Part shown: in pieces, positions 8,499 to 17,571 of the stretch
Layout of the letters: each line of letters opens with the position of its first letter
Position numbering within the stretch: the first letter of the stretch is position 1
Assembly (NCBI GenBank): GCA_944381205.1
Contig: CALWKG010000001.1
Location: 66,488-130,487, forward strand
Reading direction: 5' to 3'
DNA: 64,000 nt
Source: an uncultured Clostridia bacterium
GTDB taxonomy: Bacteria > Bacillota > Clostridia > Christensenellales > UBA1242
Position numbers and translations under genes: made by a program
Notes under the pieces: generated by a model
What the model was told of the DNA's origin: nothing
Database searches by the model: none
The model's input: the letters and a program-made list of their open reading frames with translations, nothing else

Positions 8499-9149
8499 TT
8501 ATATTCGTTGATTTTGTATTGCTGTTGGGAAGATTGGTAATTCAAACACGCCACTGCAAAGTTCTTGTGTAAACTCTTGTGCTGGTGGTGGAGCGCAATA
8601 GCCATAACTTGGAACTAGAATTTCCGACCTGACAAGAACTCTTGTAATTAATGTTACGCAAGCACTTATAGAAAATGTGGAGCCGGAAACATAAGTCCCG
8701 ATTGGGCTAGACATAGCACCAAAGACTTCTATCCTATAAGGGACAATAGATGGCTGTGGGATAAACAAAATAATATCATTAGGAATAACAATGGTTGCTT
8801 CCCCACTTCCAGCAACACCATTGGCATCTGTGTAATTTACAATAACAGGTACTGTTGCTTCAAAACTAACCCGTGCAAAATTTGGTTTATCGGTAAGTCT
8901 TTCTACCACTAGATTAGAAATTGTTGTATCTCCGTTTGTAGTAGCACTTACGAAGGTAAGCGGAGTGGTTGGGCTGGCAGGATTTTGATTAGTTAAAGTA
9001 ACTTGAACATTACTTTCCTGAATTTGCCTCATACCAGCATCTAAAACCTTATCCACTTGGATACACGCTTTTTCACAAATACCATTTAATGGGTTACCTG
9101 ACATAACCCCCGGGCAAACTCCCGTACGATTACAAGTATAATATGACAT
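8499..9149 (-). CDS. Hypothetical protein; Lys-poor, Cys-containing, beta-rich; possibly structural (spore surface or appendage?)
   Basis: Strong RBS (AAAGGAGAG). 216 aa with only 3 Lys and 7 Cys. Rich in V/T/S/P/G. Locally higher GC than its neighbours. Confidence 0.6.
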   Translation of the reverse strand: MSYYTCNRTGVCPGVMSGNPLNGICEKACIQVDKVLDAGMRQIQESNVQVTLTNQNPASPTTPLTFVSATTNGDTTISNLVVERLTDKPNFARVSFEATVPVIVNYTDANGVAGSGEATIVIPNDIILFIPQPSIVPYRIEVFGAMSSPIGTYVSGSTFSISACVTLITRVLVRSEILVPSYGYCAPPPAQEFTQELCSGVFELPIFPTAIQNQRI

Positions 9150-9335
9150 AAAAATAACACTCTCCTTTCTTTAATTTTTGTTGTTTTTTAGTCAAAACGT
9201 TAAAGTACTATCCTTTAACAAAAAGGTTATGTAATAACTTTAACTAAAAAATAATATGAGAGTAATATTTTTTTTGTGAAAAAAGGCAAATGACTATGTA
9301 AATATTAAGTAATGATTAGGAGGGGATTCTTCGAG

Positions 9336-9510
9336 TCGCTCAGCCACGACCTTTTAGGTGCTGGCTCCCTTTTTAACAAAAGTGAGAAATGCACCGCTTT
9401 CGGTCGGGCTTCGCTTCTCACCGCCAAACGAAAATGTTTTTTAACTGACGTTAAAAAAATTTTGCGGTGACTTTCTAATAGGTCAAATTAAGTTTAGTAG
9501 TATACGTCGT
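9336..9510. repeat. Left arm of a long imperfect inverted repeat (foldback element)
   Basis: Reverse complement of 9836-10008. Perfect blocks include 9413-9435 vs 9909-9931 (23 nt) and 9461-9485 vs 9860-9884 (25 nt). Confidence 0.85.
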
Positions 9511-9536
9511 ACAATGAGTTATTCGCCTTCGAAATA

Positions 9537-9633
9537 GGGGATTCTTCGTTAGCCGGTTAGGATTGCCCATCTCAGAATGACGGGAAAACGTCATATTGAG
9601 CCCGCTTACTTGATGGACTTACGAAATATCCCC
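9537..9633. repeat. Hairpin repeat unit A (GGGGATTCTTCG ... CTCAGAATGACG family)
   Basis: Self-complementary: ggggattcttcgt/acgaaatatcccc, gcccatc/gatggac, ctcagaatgacg/cgtcatattgag. Confidence 0.8.
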
Positions 9634-9685
9634 TAAGTAGTGGTATACAATTAGTAATAATACAAGTTGTACGTCTTTGAGATAT

Positions 9686-9810
9686 GAGATTCTTCGAGAG
9701 CCGAGCCTGATAGTCCATCTCAGAATGACGGAATAATACAAGGGCTGTCGCTCAGAATGACACGTCACCCTGAGAGTTGCCTACCTTGATGGACTAACGA
9801 AGGGTCCCCT
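9686..9810. repeat. Hairpin repeat unit B (tandem direct copy of unit A with an inserted extra hairpin)
   Basis: gagattcttcg...agtccatctcagaatgacgg...cttgatggactaacgaagggtcccc. Inner hairpin ctcagaatgac/gtcaccctgag. Confidence 0.8.
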
Positions 9811-9835
9811 AAGCGAAGAGATACAATTAGTAACA

Positions 9836-10008
9836 CAACGTATACTACTAAATTTAATCTGACCTATTAGAAAGTCACCGCAAAATTTTTTTGACAATGT
9901 CAAACAAAATTTTCGTTTGGCGGTGAGAAGCGAATACCAACCGTAAATGGTGCGTTTTTCACATTTGTAAAAATGTGAATTGCACCCAAAAGGTTGAGTA
10001 TGAGCGAC
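9836..10008. repeat. Right arm of the long inverted repeat
   Basis: See the left arm (9336-9510). Confidence 0.85.
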
Positions 10009-10078
10009 GGGGGATTCTTCGAGAGTCCATCGTTGCGGGTCGACACTCAGAATGACGGAATAATACTTAGAATGACAG
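10009..10078. repeat. Repeat unit C, near-identical to 44890-44946
   Basis: gggggattcttcgagagtccatcgttgcgggtcgacactcagaatgacggaataata differs at two positions from the copy at 44890. Confidence 0.85.
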
Positions 10079-10179
10079 AAAAAGGTGGGTTGAAATGGCA
10101 TTATTGGTTTAGGGAGATAGTGTTGCATAAGTCGTGTTATTATATATTTACAATTTATAGACTTATTAGAAATATGGGT

Positions 10180-10207
10180 AAAAAAAGCCCGCCTTATAAT
10201 GACGGGT
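10180..10207 (-). terminator. Rho-independent terminator after engB
   Basis: Minus strand: acccgtc / attataa / ggcgggc followed by TTTTTTT. Confidence 0.7.
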
Positions 10208-10243
10208 TGAATATCGCTGAGATGGGACGCAGTTAAGTAGGTG

Positions 10244-10825
10244 CTAGGAATTTACGTAGTGTTCTATATTTTCCAGTAGTTCCTTATGCCCTTTTTTATC
10301 CGCGGAAGATGTTATGATTATATCTTCCCTATTTAGACCTAATTTATTACAAATGATTATTAATTGGTTATTTACTTGCGAGCGCGATAAAGTATCAATT
10401 TTGGTAACAATTACTTTGCAAGGTATCCTATTATAGTACAAAAATTGCAACATTTGCTCGTCCTGATTTGTAGGAGTTCTACGAATATCTAGTAATAGAT
10501 AAACACATTTTAAGTTTTGAGATGTTTTTAGGTAAGTTTCTAGATACTCTGCCCAATTGGTTTTTTCCTTTTTACTAACTTCGGCATATCCGTAGCCCGG
10601 CAAATCTACAAGCAGAAAGGACTTATTAACTAGATAATAATTAATAAGTCTTGTTTTGCCCGGGGTAGAAGATGTATGGGCTAGTTTTCTTCTATTAGTA
10701 ATAAAGTTAATAAGAGAAGATTTTCCGACGTTGCTTCTACCCACCAAGGCGATTTCACTCATATTGCTTTGATAAAAATTTGTATCGGCTACACTTTTTA
10801 AAAATTCTGCGGACTTTATAAGCAT
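10244..10825 (-). CDS. engB: Ribosome biogenesis GTPase EngB/YsxC
   Basis: GRSNVGKSSLIN P-loop, DLPGYGYA, KID motif. Conserved position after clpX. Confidence 0.9.
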   Translation of the reverse strand: MLIKSAEFLKSVADTNFYQSNMSEIALVGRSNVGKSSLINFITNRRKLAHTSSTPGKTRLINYYLVNKSFLLVDLPGYGYAEVSKKEKTNWAEYLETYLKTSQNLKCVYLLLDIRRTPTNQDEQMLQFLYYNRIPCKVIVTKIDTLSRSQVNNQLIIICNKLGLNREDIIITSSADKKGHKELLENIEHYVNS

Positions 10826-10845
10826 AATTTACTCCTTTTTAAAAA

Positions 10846-12120
10846 TTATGCACTTTCTTCTTTTGCTTCGCTTATAGTATTTTTTCTGATATATTCTGGG
10901 TCTTCTCCTTTTGAAATAAAAGGTTCATTGATGATAATGCTATCAATAGTTTTATCTCCTGGGGCGGAATACATAAGTTTTAGCATACTTTCTTCCAAAA
11001 TAGTTCTAAGACCCCTTGCACCTGTTTTGAGTTTCATTGCCTTTTTTGCGACTGCCTTTACAGCCTCGTCTTTAAAGGTAAGTTTAATACCGTCCATATC
11101 AAACATCTTTTTATATTGTTTTGTAATGGAATTTTTTGGCTCAACCATAATTTGAACAAGGGCTTCTTCGGACAAATCGTGAAGTGCAACGGTAATAGGT
11201 AATCTGCCTACAAACTCTGGGATAAGACCAAATTTGTTTAAGTCTTGTGGCTGGACGTCTTTTAGAAGATTATAAGTTTCTTCTTCCTTAGTTAAATTTT
11301 CAACTTTGGCGCCAAAGCCAAGGGAAACGGTTGACTTGCGTTTTTCAATAATTTTATCAAGTCCTACAAAAGCCCCGCCACAGATAAACAAAATGTTTGT
11401 TGTATCTATTGAGATAGTTTCTTGCTGGGGGTGTTTTCTTCCCCCTTGTGGTGGGACACTGGCGACAGTACTTTCCAATATTTTAAGTAGTGCTTGTTGG
11501 ACCCCTTCGCCAGAAACATCGCGAGTGATTGACCTGTTTTCGCTTTTTCTTGCAATTTTGTCAATTTCATCTATATAAACAATGCCACGTTCTGCCCTTT
11601 TTACGTCATAATCGGCATTTTGGATAAGTTTGAGCAAAATATTTTCGACATCATCGCCCACGTAACCTGCTTCTGTCAAAGTAGTAGCATCGCAACTTGC
11701 AAAAGGCACTTTTAAAATTTTAGCCAAAGTTTTAGCAAGGAGTGTTTTTCCGCAACCGGTAGGACCTATTAAAAGGACGTTGCTTTTTTCTAGTTCTATT
11801 GGCTGTTCGGAATCCTTTTCGTTAACTTTAAGTTTGCTGTTATAGTTTATTCTTTTGTAATGGTTGTACACTGCGACTGAAAGCACCATTTTTGCTTCGT
11901 CCTGACCGATGATAAAATCGTCTAACTTATCTTTTATTTCGTGTGGAAGCGGAAGGTCAATAGTAGTGTTTTCGGTTTCTTTTATTTCTGACTTAATGAT
12001 TTCCTTACAAATATCTATACACTCGTCACAAATAAAACTTTCCCCGTCAGGACTTGCAATGATTTTTTTTGTCATTGCCTGAGATTTGCCACAAAAAGAA
12101 CAAAATAAATCTTTTTTCAT
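10846..12120 (-). CDS. clpX: ATP-dependent Clp protease ATP-binding subunit ClpX
   Basis: N-terminal zinc finger CSFCGK...CDEC, Walker [18 protein letters not shown]. Confidence 0.95.
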   Translation of the reverse strand: MKKDLFCSFCGKSQAMTKKIIASPDGESFICDECIDICKEIIKSEIKETENTTIDLPLPHEIKDKLDDFIIGQDEAKMVLSVAVYNHYKRINYNSKLKVNEKDSEQPIELEKSNVLLIGPTGCGKTLLAKTLAKILKVPFASCDATTLTEAGYVGDDVENILLKLIQNADYDVKRAERGIVYIDEIDKIARKSENRSITRDVSGEGVQQALLKILESTVASVPPQGGRKHPQQETISIDTTNILFICGGAFVGLDKIIEKRKSTVSLGFGAKVENLTKEEETYNLLKDVQPQDLNKFGLIPEFVGRLPITVALHDLSEEALVQIMVEPKNSITKQYKKMFDMDGIKLTFKDEAVKAVAKKAMKLKTGARGLRTILEESMLKLMYSAPGDKTIDSIIINEPFISKGEDPEYIRKNTISEAKEESA

Positions 12121-12149
12121 TTAAAAACTCCTTAAAAATTAAAACTCAA

Positions 12150-12758
12150 TTATTTGGTTTTCTTTCGTGTATAAAAAATGTCATCTACAAGCCCGTATGC
12201 TTTGGCTTCGTCTGCGCTCATAAAGTTATCCCTATCTGTATCCTTTTCTATTTTCTCCAAAGGTTGACCTGTAACTTCGCTTAGTATTTTGTTGAGTTGT
12301 TTTTTAGTCTTTATAATGTGCTTTGAATGAATTTCTATATCACTTGCCTGTCCCTGCATACCGCCTAGTGGTTGGTGAATCATAATCTCGCTATTAGGCA
12401 AGGCATAACGTTTGCCCTTTGTACCACTTGCCAAAAGAAAAGCGCCCATACTAGCGGCAAGCCCTACGCAAATAGTTACAACGTCGCACTTAATGTACTT
12501 TATTGTATCATAAATAGCAAAGCCTGCGCTGACACTGCCCCCCGGAGAATTTATATATAAATGTATGTCCTTATCTGGATTTTTACCTTCAAGATAAATT
12601 AACTGGGCAACTACAATATTCGCCGTTTGGTCAGTAATTTCACCTGTTAAAAATATAATTCGGTCTTCTAGCAATCTAGAATATATATCGTAACTTCTTT
12701 CTCCCGTGCTTGTTTGGTCAACGACCATTGGGATTAAAACATTTTTTTCATTACTCAT
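12150..12758 (-). CDS. clpP: ATP-dependent Clp protease proteolytic subunit ClpP
   Basis: [34 protein letters not shown] motifs. Confidence 0.95.
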   Translation of the reverse strand: MSNEKNVLIPMVVDQTSTGERSYDIYSRLLEDRIIFLTGEITDQTANIVVAQLIYLEGKNPDKDIHLYINSPGGSVSAGFAIYDTIKYIKCDVVTICVGLAASMGAFLLASGTKGKRYALPNSEIMIHQPLGGMQGQASDIEIHSKHIIKTKKQLNKILSEVTGQPLEKIEKDTDRDNFMSADEAKAYGLVDDIFYTRKKTK

Positions 12759-12835
12759 AAAAATACTCCCTATTAATTATTATGTTTTTTCAAATTTTAT
12801 AAACAAAAATTACTTAAAAAATTTAATAAAAATTA

Positions 12836-14128
12836 CTAATTAAAATTATTTTTTGATTTAAGGAAAGTCATCAATTTGTTAAGTAACATACTATTGGCAA
12901 GGTAATTAAATTGTTCTTCGCCGATGGTTTTTCTTATTTCATCTAACGAAACTTTTTTCTTATCCTTATCACTGCGAATTTCGCTAAACTTGGTAATCAA
13001 ATCTTCTTCTGAAACATCAAGATTTTCGTTAGTTATAATTTTTTCTAGTACAAGTCTAGTTTTTACGGTACGTCTTGCGTCATCTAATCTGGATTTTCTG
13101 AGTTGGTCTATTGTAGTATTGGCATATTTTAGATAACCGTCAAGGTTAAGCCCCTGATAAGACAATCTGTACTCAAAGTCTTTTATAAAATCGTCGACTT
13201 GTTCTTCTACCATAATTTCTGGAATTTCTACCTTAGAAGCATCAACAATCATATCTATTAACTTGCTTTCTCTTTTTGAATCCGCTTCCTTTTCTTTTCT
13301 TTCAAGCAATTTCTTTTTTGTGTCTTCTTTAAGTTCTTTTAAAGTGGAAAATTCGCTAACTTCATCTGCAAAGGTGTCATTTAGTTCTGGGTAGACCTTT
13401 TCCTTAACGTCCTTAATTGTAACCTTAAAAACAGCAGGTTTTCCTTTTAAATTTTCTGCGTGGTAATTTTCAGGAAAAGTCACATTGACATCTTTTTGCT
13501 CTCCCTTTTTAAGTCCTACAAGTTGGTCTTCAAAGTTGTCAATAAAACTTTTGGAGCCAATTTCTAAATCAAAATCTGTGGCAGAACCGCCATCAAATTT
13601 GACTCCATTTATGCTACCTTCAAAGTCAATAGTGGTTACATCGCCATTTTTGATTTCCCTATCCACACTAACGAATTTTACCCTAGACTCGCGCATATGT
13701 TCTAGTTCGTGTTCGACATCGGCATCAGTGACTTCTACCTTATCCTTTTCGACATTAAGGTTGGTGTAAGCACCAAGTTCTACTTCTGGTTTATTAATCA
13801 CGGTTGCAATTAGTTCCAAGCCTGAGTCATCAATTTTGCTAATCCTAATATCTGGATTTGTTACAGGTTGGACGTCCTTTTCCTTAGACAAAATTTCAAA
13901 GTAACTTTTGTAAAAAGAATTATTAATTGCGTCATCATAAAAAACTGTATCTCCGTAGGTTTTTTCTATAACCTTTCTAGGTGCGTGACCCTTTCTAAAC
14001 CCCTGAATGTTATACTTACCTTTGTTTTCTTTATAAGCATTTTCAAGTGCTTCGTCCCACTCGGCCTTTTCTACATTAATTGTAAATTCAATTCTTTTAT
14101 CTTCTAAGATTTTTTTAGTATATTTCAT
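12836..14128 (-). CDS. tig: Trigger factor
   Basis: GFRKGHAP ribosome-binding signature, central FKBP-type region, synteny tig-clpP-clpX. Confidence 0.9.
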   Translation of the reverse strand: MKYTKKILEDKRIEFTINVEKAEWDEALENAYKENKGKYNIQGFRKGHAPRKVIEKTYGDTVFYDDAINNSFYKSYFEILSKEKDVQPVTNPDIRISKIDDSGLELIATVINKPEVELGAYTNLNVEKDKVEVTDADVEHELEHMRESRVKFVSVDREIKNGDVTTIDFEGSINGVKFDGGSATDFDLEIGSKSFIDNFEDQLVGLKKGEQKDVNVTFPENYHAENLKGKPAVFKVTIKDVKEKVYPELNDTFADEVSEFSTLKELKEDTKKKLLERKEKEADSKRESKLIDMIVDASKVEIPEIMVEEQVDDFIKDFEYRLSYQGLNLDGYLKYANTTIDQLRKSRLDDARRTVKTRLVLEKIITNENLDVSEEDLITKFSEIRSDKDKKKVSLDEIRKTIGEEQFNYLANSMLLNKLMTFLKSKNNFN

Positions 14129-14285
14129 ATTTCTCTCCTATTTTTAAAATCTGTACATTTGACATTATATCAAACTACAACAAAAAAAACAATAATAAAT
14201 ACACTATAAAATAAATTTTTATTGTATTATAGTATAAAAATATGATGATGGGTATAAATTAAAACTTTCTTTAACTTTTAAAAAT

Positions 14286-14666
14286 CTACAAAAATAATTT
14301 TATAACAAACATAAGGCTATAAAACATAAATCCTATGCCTAAAATTATCAATGCCACACTAGGCATAAGTGCGTTAAACTTTGATGCCACACCACGAATT
14401 TTTTTTGGCTCTTCTGTTTGGAAGTAATACACATCTTCGTCATAATCAATTTTAGTTGCATCAAAGACATTAGGTTGTTCGTTTTTATCTGCTTTTAAAG
14501 CATTATATTTTTGCTTAGCCTTAATACCGAGAATTAAGGTTGGAAGTCCTGTCAAAAAAGTGGCGACGGGCAAAAAATAGGGGCTAACAAAAACAAGCAC
14601 ATAGCAAATAAAAGCCAACACATAAAGAACTATATAAATGATATTTTTTAAAAAAAAATTTTTCAT
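14286..14666 (-). CDS. Hypothetical membrane protein
   Basis: Hydrophobic N- and C-terminal segments. 4-nt overlap with the upstream ORF. Confidence 0.45.
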   Translation of the reverse strand: MKNFFLKNIIYIVLYVLAFICYVLVFVSPYFLPVATFLTGLPTLILGIKAKQKYNALKADKNEQPNVFDATKIDYDEDVYYFQTEEPKKIRGVASKFNALMPSVALIILGIGFMFYSLMFVIKLFL

Positions 14667-14926
14667 ATAACTAAAAACACTATAATAGCCACAACAAGTA
14701 AAAATAGGACAACTTTAAACATTCCGTTACGTTTACTGCTTGCATATAAAAAGGCAGAAAAAACCGTTACAATTATGCCAAGGTACATAGCAATATTGTT
14801 ACACCAATAGGCAACTTCACTAGGAAAATCAAAAACTCGCCTTGACAAAAAACCAACTACTAACGAAATGCAAATTAAAACGACTGCAATATACGCAAGT
14901 AAATTAATGAACCATCGCGACTTCAT
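14663..14926 (-). CDS. Hypothetical small membrane protein
   Basis: 87 aa with three hydrophobic helices. Translationally coupled to 14286-14666. Confidence 0.45.
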   Translation of the reverse strand: MKSRWFINLLAYIAVVLICISLVVGFLSRRVFDFPSEVAYWCNNIAMYLGIIVTVFSAFLYASSKRNGMFKVVLFLLVVAIIVFLVI

Positions 14927-15117
14927 ATAGTTACATACTCCTAAAAATATATTAAATTTTTTTGTTTTTTAGGTCAAATAAAATTTGGCACTAATTTGTT
15001 TTATAAAACAAAATTAGACTAAAAAAGTATAAAATTCTTCTAAAAGCAATTTTATTGTACTTACTAGATATGATTATTTGTTTTAATAAGAATTTTAATA
15101 GAATTCCTGCAAAAAAA

Positions 15118-16044
15118 TTAAAGTGTATTTATGTCTACAACTTCTAAGTTATGCTTTTTTAAGAAATCGGCAAAATAGTCTGGTAATGGAGCAAAAAATG
15201 TCATTTGATTATTGGTTTTTGGGTGAATGAGTTGCAGTTTATATGCGTGTAATAATTGCCCAGAAAGTCCAAACTTTTCATTTTTTATTCCATACAATTT
15301 ATCCCCCACTATTGCGTGCCCCATATAACTGCTGTGGACTCTAATTTGATGAGTTCTGCCCGTTTTAAGTTCAAATTTTACAAGAGAAAAACCTTCGTTA
15401 TAATCAATAACCTTGTATAACGTTTTTGCGTATTTACCTTGGCTTTTTGGGACAACAAAAAACTTCTCGTATTTGTTTTTGCCACGCGCTAAATAGTTTT
15501 CTATCTCGCCTTCTTGTTGTTTAAATTTGCCGTATGTTACCGCCAAATAGTATCTTTTACAGACTTTGTTTTGAATTTGGTTTTGAAGGCTAAGGTGAGA
15601 AGCATCATTTTTGGCAATCACAATTAGCCCTGACGTATCCTTATCTATTCTATGAACAATCCCCGGTCTAATTTCCCCATTAATTCCGCTTAAATCCTTA
15701 ATGCAATACATCAATGCGTTTACCAAAGTCCCCGTCATAACAGCACTGGTAGGGTGAACTATCATTCCCTGAGATTTATTAATAACGGCAATGTCATCAT
15801 CTTCATATACAATATCTATGGGGATATTTTCGGCACTGATATTTGCTGGCTGTGACTGAAAATGGCTTACATAAACTTTATCGTTTTTTTTGAGAATATA
15901 GCCAGCCTTTTCGCTTTTTTCATTTACCAAAATTTTACCGCCACCAATCAGATTTTTAATAAAACTGCGAGTGATATCAAGTTTTTCGGTTAAAAATTTA
16001 TCTAACCTAACACCACCATCTTCTACGACAAAAATTTGCTCCAT
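15118..16044 (-). CDS. rluD: RluD-type 23S rRNA pseudouridine synthase (S4 domain + RluA catalytic domain)
   Basis: N-terminal S4-like RLDKFL and catalytic HRIDKDTSGL motif. Confidence 0.9.
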   Translation of the reverse strand: MEQIFVVEDGGVRLDKFLTEKLDITRSFIKNLIGGGKILVNEKSEKAGYILKKNDKVYVSHFQSQPANISAENIPIDIVYEDDDIAVINKSQGMIVHPTSAVMTGTLVNALMYCIKDLSGINGEIRPGIVHRIDKDTSGLIVIAKNDASHLSLQNQIQNKVCKRYYLAVTYGKFKQQEGEIENYLARGKNKYEKFFVVPKSQGKYAKTLYKVIDYNEGFSLVKFELKTGRTHQIRVHSSYMGHAIVGDKLYGIKNEKFGLSGQLLHAYKLQLIHPKTNNQMTFFAPLPDYFADFLKKHNLEVVDINTL

Positions 16045-16175
16045 ATACTTTTCTCCATATTAAATATTTGAAGTTGGATTTTTTAGGATTATCGATACGT
16101 TACAAAATTACATATCAAAAATATTAAGTTAAAACTCGAAAATACAATATAGTAATTGCTCCATTTGACAAAAGT

Positions 16176-16394
16176 TTAGGGGTTTTGGTCTTTTTTATTT
16201 TGGCTCCAAAAGCAACTTTTTGGGAGATTTTTAAAAACATCTAACGAAGCGGATTTAATACTTCCATCTTGACTTTTATATGTTACCCAAATTATATCTT
16301 CGCTATCGTCTATTTTCATCGCTCTTTTAATTGCTTCTTCTAACTTTGATACTTTATTCAATTTTAAAATTCCTTTTTTTAAATGGTTTGACAA
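16176..16394 (-). CDS. Small hypothetical protein; start uncertain
   Basis: The track start is a TTG without an RBS. An internal TTG at about 16361 is preceded by AAGGA. Lies in an unusual 427-nt gap between lspA and rluD. Confidence 0.3.
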   Translation of the reverse strand: MSNHLKKGILKLNKVSKLEEAIKRAMKIDDSEDIIWVTYKSQDGSIKSASLDVFKNLPKSCFWSQNKKDQNP

Positions 16395-16471
16395 AAAATA
16401 AAACGGATTTTTAGTATGAAATCGGTTGATTTTTGTGACAATTTAATTAAAAAGCATACGTGAAATAGGAT

Positions 16472-16993
16472 TTAGTTTTCGTTATTATTTTGTTGTTTGG
16501 TATCGTTTTTAGAGATAAGATTTGATTGTTTATTAAAGTCCTTACTGGCAAAAAAGAAAATATAAATGATAAGAAGGAGCATACCAACACACAGGAAAGA
16601 ATCTGCCATATTAAAAGTGGGAAAATCGGGATAAAATTCAAAAAATAAAAAATCCCTTACTCCGCCTAAAAAAATTCTATCTATCATATTTCCCAAAGCG
16701 CCACCGATAATAAAAGATATGGCGACAGAATAGAGTTTGTTTTGTATTTTCCATTTAAAATCAATAAAGGCAAATACGATTAAAAATACTATCGTAAAAA
16801 CTATTAAAAAAATTGTGTTATCTCCCATAATTCCCCAAGCGGCGCCGGTATTTAACTGACCGTGCATACTGCGAGAAGATACAAAAAAAGGGATAAGTGT
16901 TAAGTCTTTATCAAAAAGTAAAAGTTTGGTAATTAAATCTACTGCTATAACCGTCAAAATAAGCCCGAGTTTTAAAAACACTGATTTTTTCAT
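16472..16993 (-). CDS. lspA: Lipoprotein signal peptidase (signal peptidase II)
   Basis: Four TM segments, with GGALGNMIDR and FNMADS motifs. Confidence 0.9.
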   Translation of the reverse strand: MKKSVFLKLGLILTVIAVDLITKLLLFDKDLTLIPFFVSSRSMHGQLNTGAAWGIMGDNTIFLIVFTIVFLIVFAFIDFKWKIQNKLYSVAISFIIGGALGNMIDRIFLGGVRDFLFFEFYPDFPTFNMADSFLCVGMLLLIIYIFFFASKDFNKQSNLISKNDTKQQNNNEN

Positions 16994-17010
16994 AAAAATG
17001 CCTACCTAAA

Positions 17011-17442
17011 TTATTTGTTTGCTTGGGTCATAATATTAATACCTTCCGGCACCATTAGGAATAAATCTCCTTGAAGACGTTTTATACTACCTTTTAAGGC
17101 ATAGACCGCCCCACTAATAAACTGCAAAATTTTATCAGCATCAGAAGCATTTAATTGTCCCAAATTAACGATACAGGCTTCTTTACGTCTAAGGCACTCG
17201 ACAAGCAATCTTATATCATTATTGTCCTTTGGCGCATAGATTATAAGGTTTTTGGCAACACCGTCAGAAAACCCTTGTTGTTCGCTATCTTGATTTAACT
17301 CCCCAACCACAAAAGAATTAGCAAGCCCGTTGTCAAAGTTGCTGTATTTATCATCAGTGGTTGTGTGAGTTGAATTTTTGCTATTTTGATTTTTGTTATC
17401 AGAAAATCCCATACCTTTCATAATAGAATTAAAAAGACCCAT
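17011..17442 (-). CDS. sepF: Cell division protein SepF
   Basis: C-terminal SepF/DUF552 pattern (IVNLGQL...DADKILQFISGAVYALKGSIKRL). Start moved to MGLFNS, which follows a GGAG RBS. Confidence 0.8.
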   Translation of the reverse strand: MGLFNSIMKGMGFSDNKNQNSKNSTHTTTDDKYSNFDNGLANSFVVGELNQDSEQQGFSDGVAKNLIIYAPKDNNDIRLLVECLRRKEACIVNLGQLNASDADKILQFISGAVYALKGSIKRLQGDLFLMVPEGINIMTQANK

Positions 17443-17571
17443 ATCAAAAATCTCCTTTTTGAGACAAGCATACAATAATACAACTATCATTGTATCACAT
17501 AAAAAAATTTATGCAAAACATTTATATCTATAAGTTCTGCATAAAGGTAAATTTTTTATTAAAATTAATTT

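Noticed and set aside
9476-9497. GGTCAAA in the repeat module as a CtsR operator
   Set aside because: Only a single heptad is present, not the tandem GGTCAAA-NAN-GGTCAAA. It is not positioned at the clpP or clpX promoters.
9336-10008. Invertible promoter switch (inverton) flanked by inverted repeats
   Set aside because: The arms are far longer (~175 nt) and more diverged than typical recombinase target IRs. No invertase or recombinase gene is nearby, and no outward-facing promoter is obvious. This cannot be excluded without read-orientation data.
9316-10090. Possible CRISPR array
   Set aside because: The repeats are not regularly spaced, differ in length, are themselves long hairpins, and occur in both orientations. 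There are no cas genes in the window.
9781-10236. ORFs 9781-10128 (-) and 9994-10236 (+) in the repeat region
   Set aside because: They are read-throughs of hairpin repeats, with translations such as ...SVILSV...EESP typical of this repeat family. No RBS. They overlap the engB terminator.
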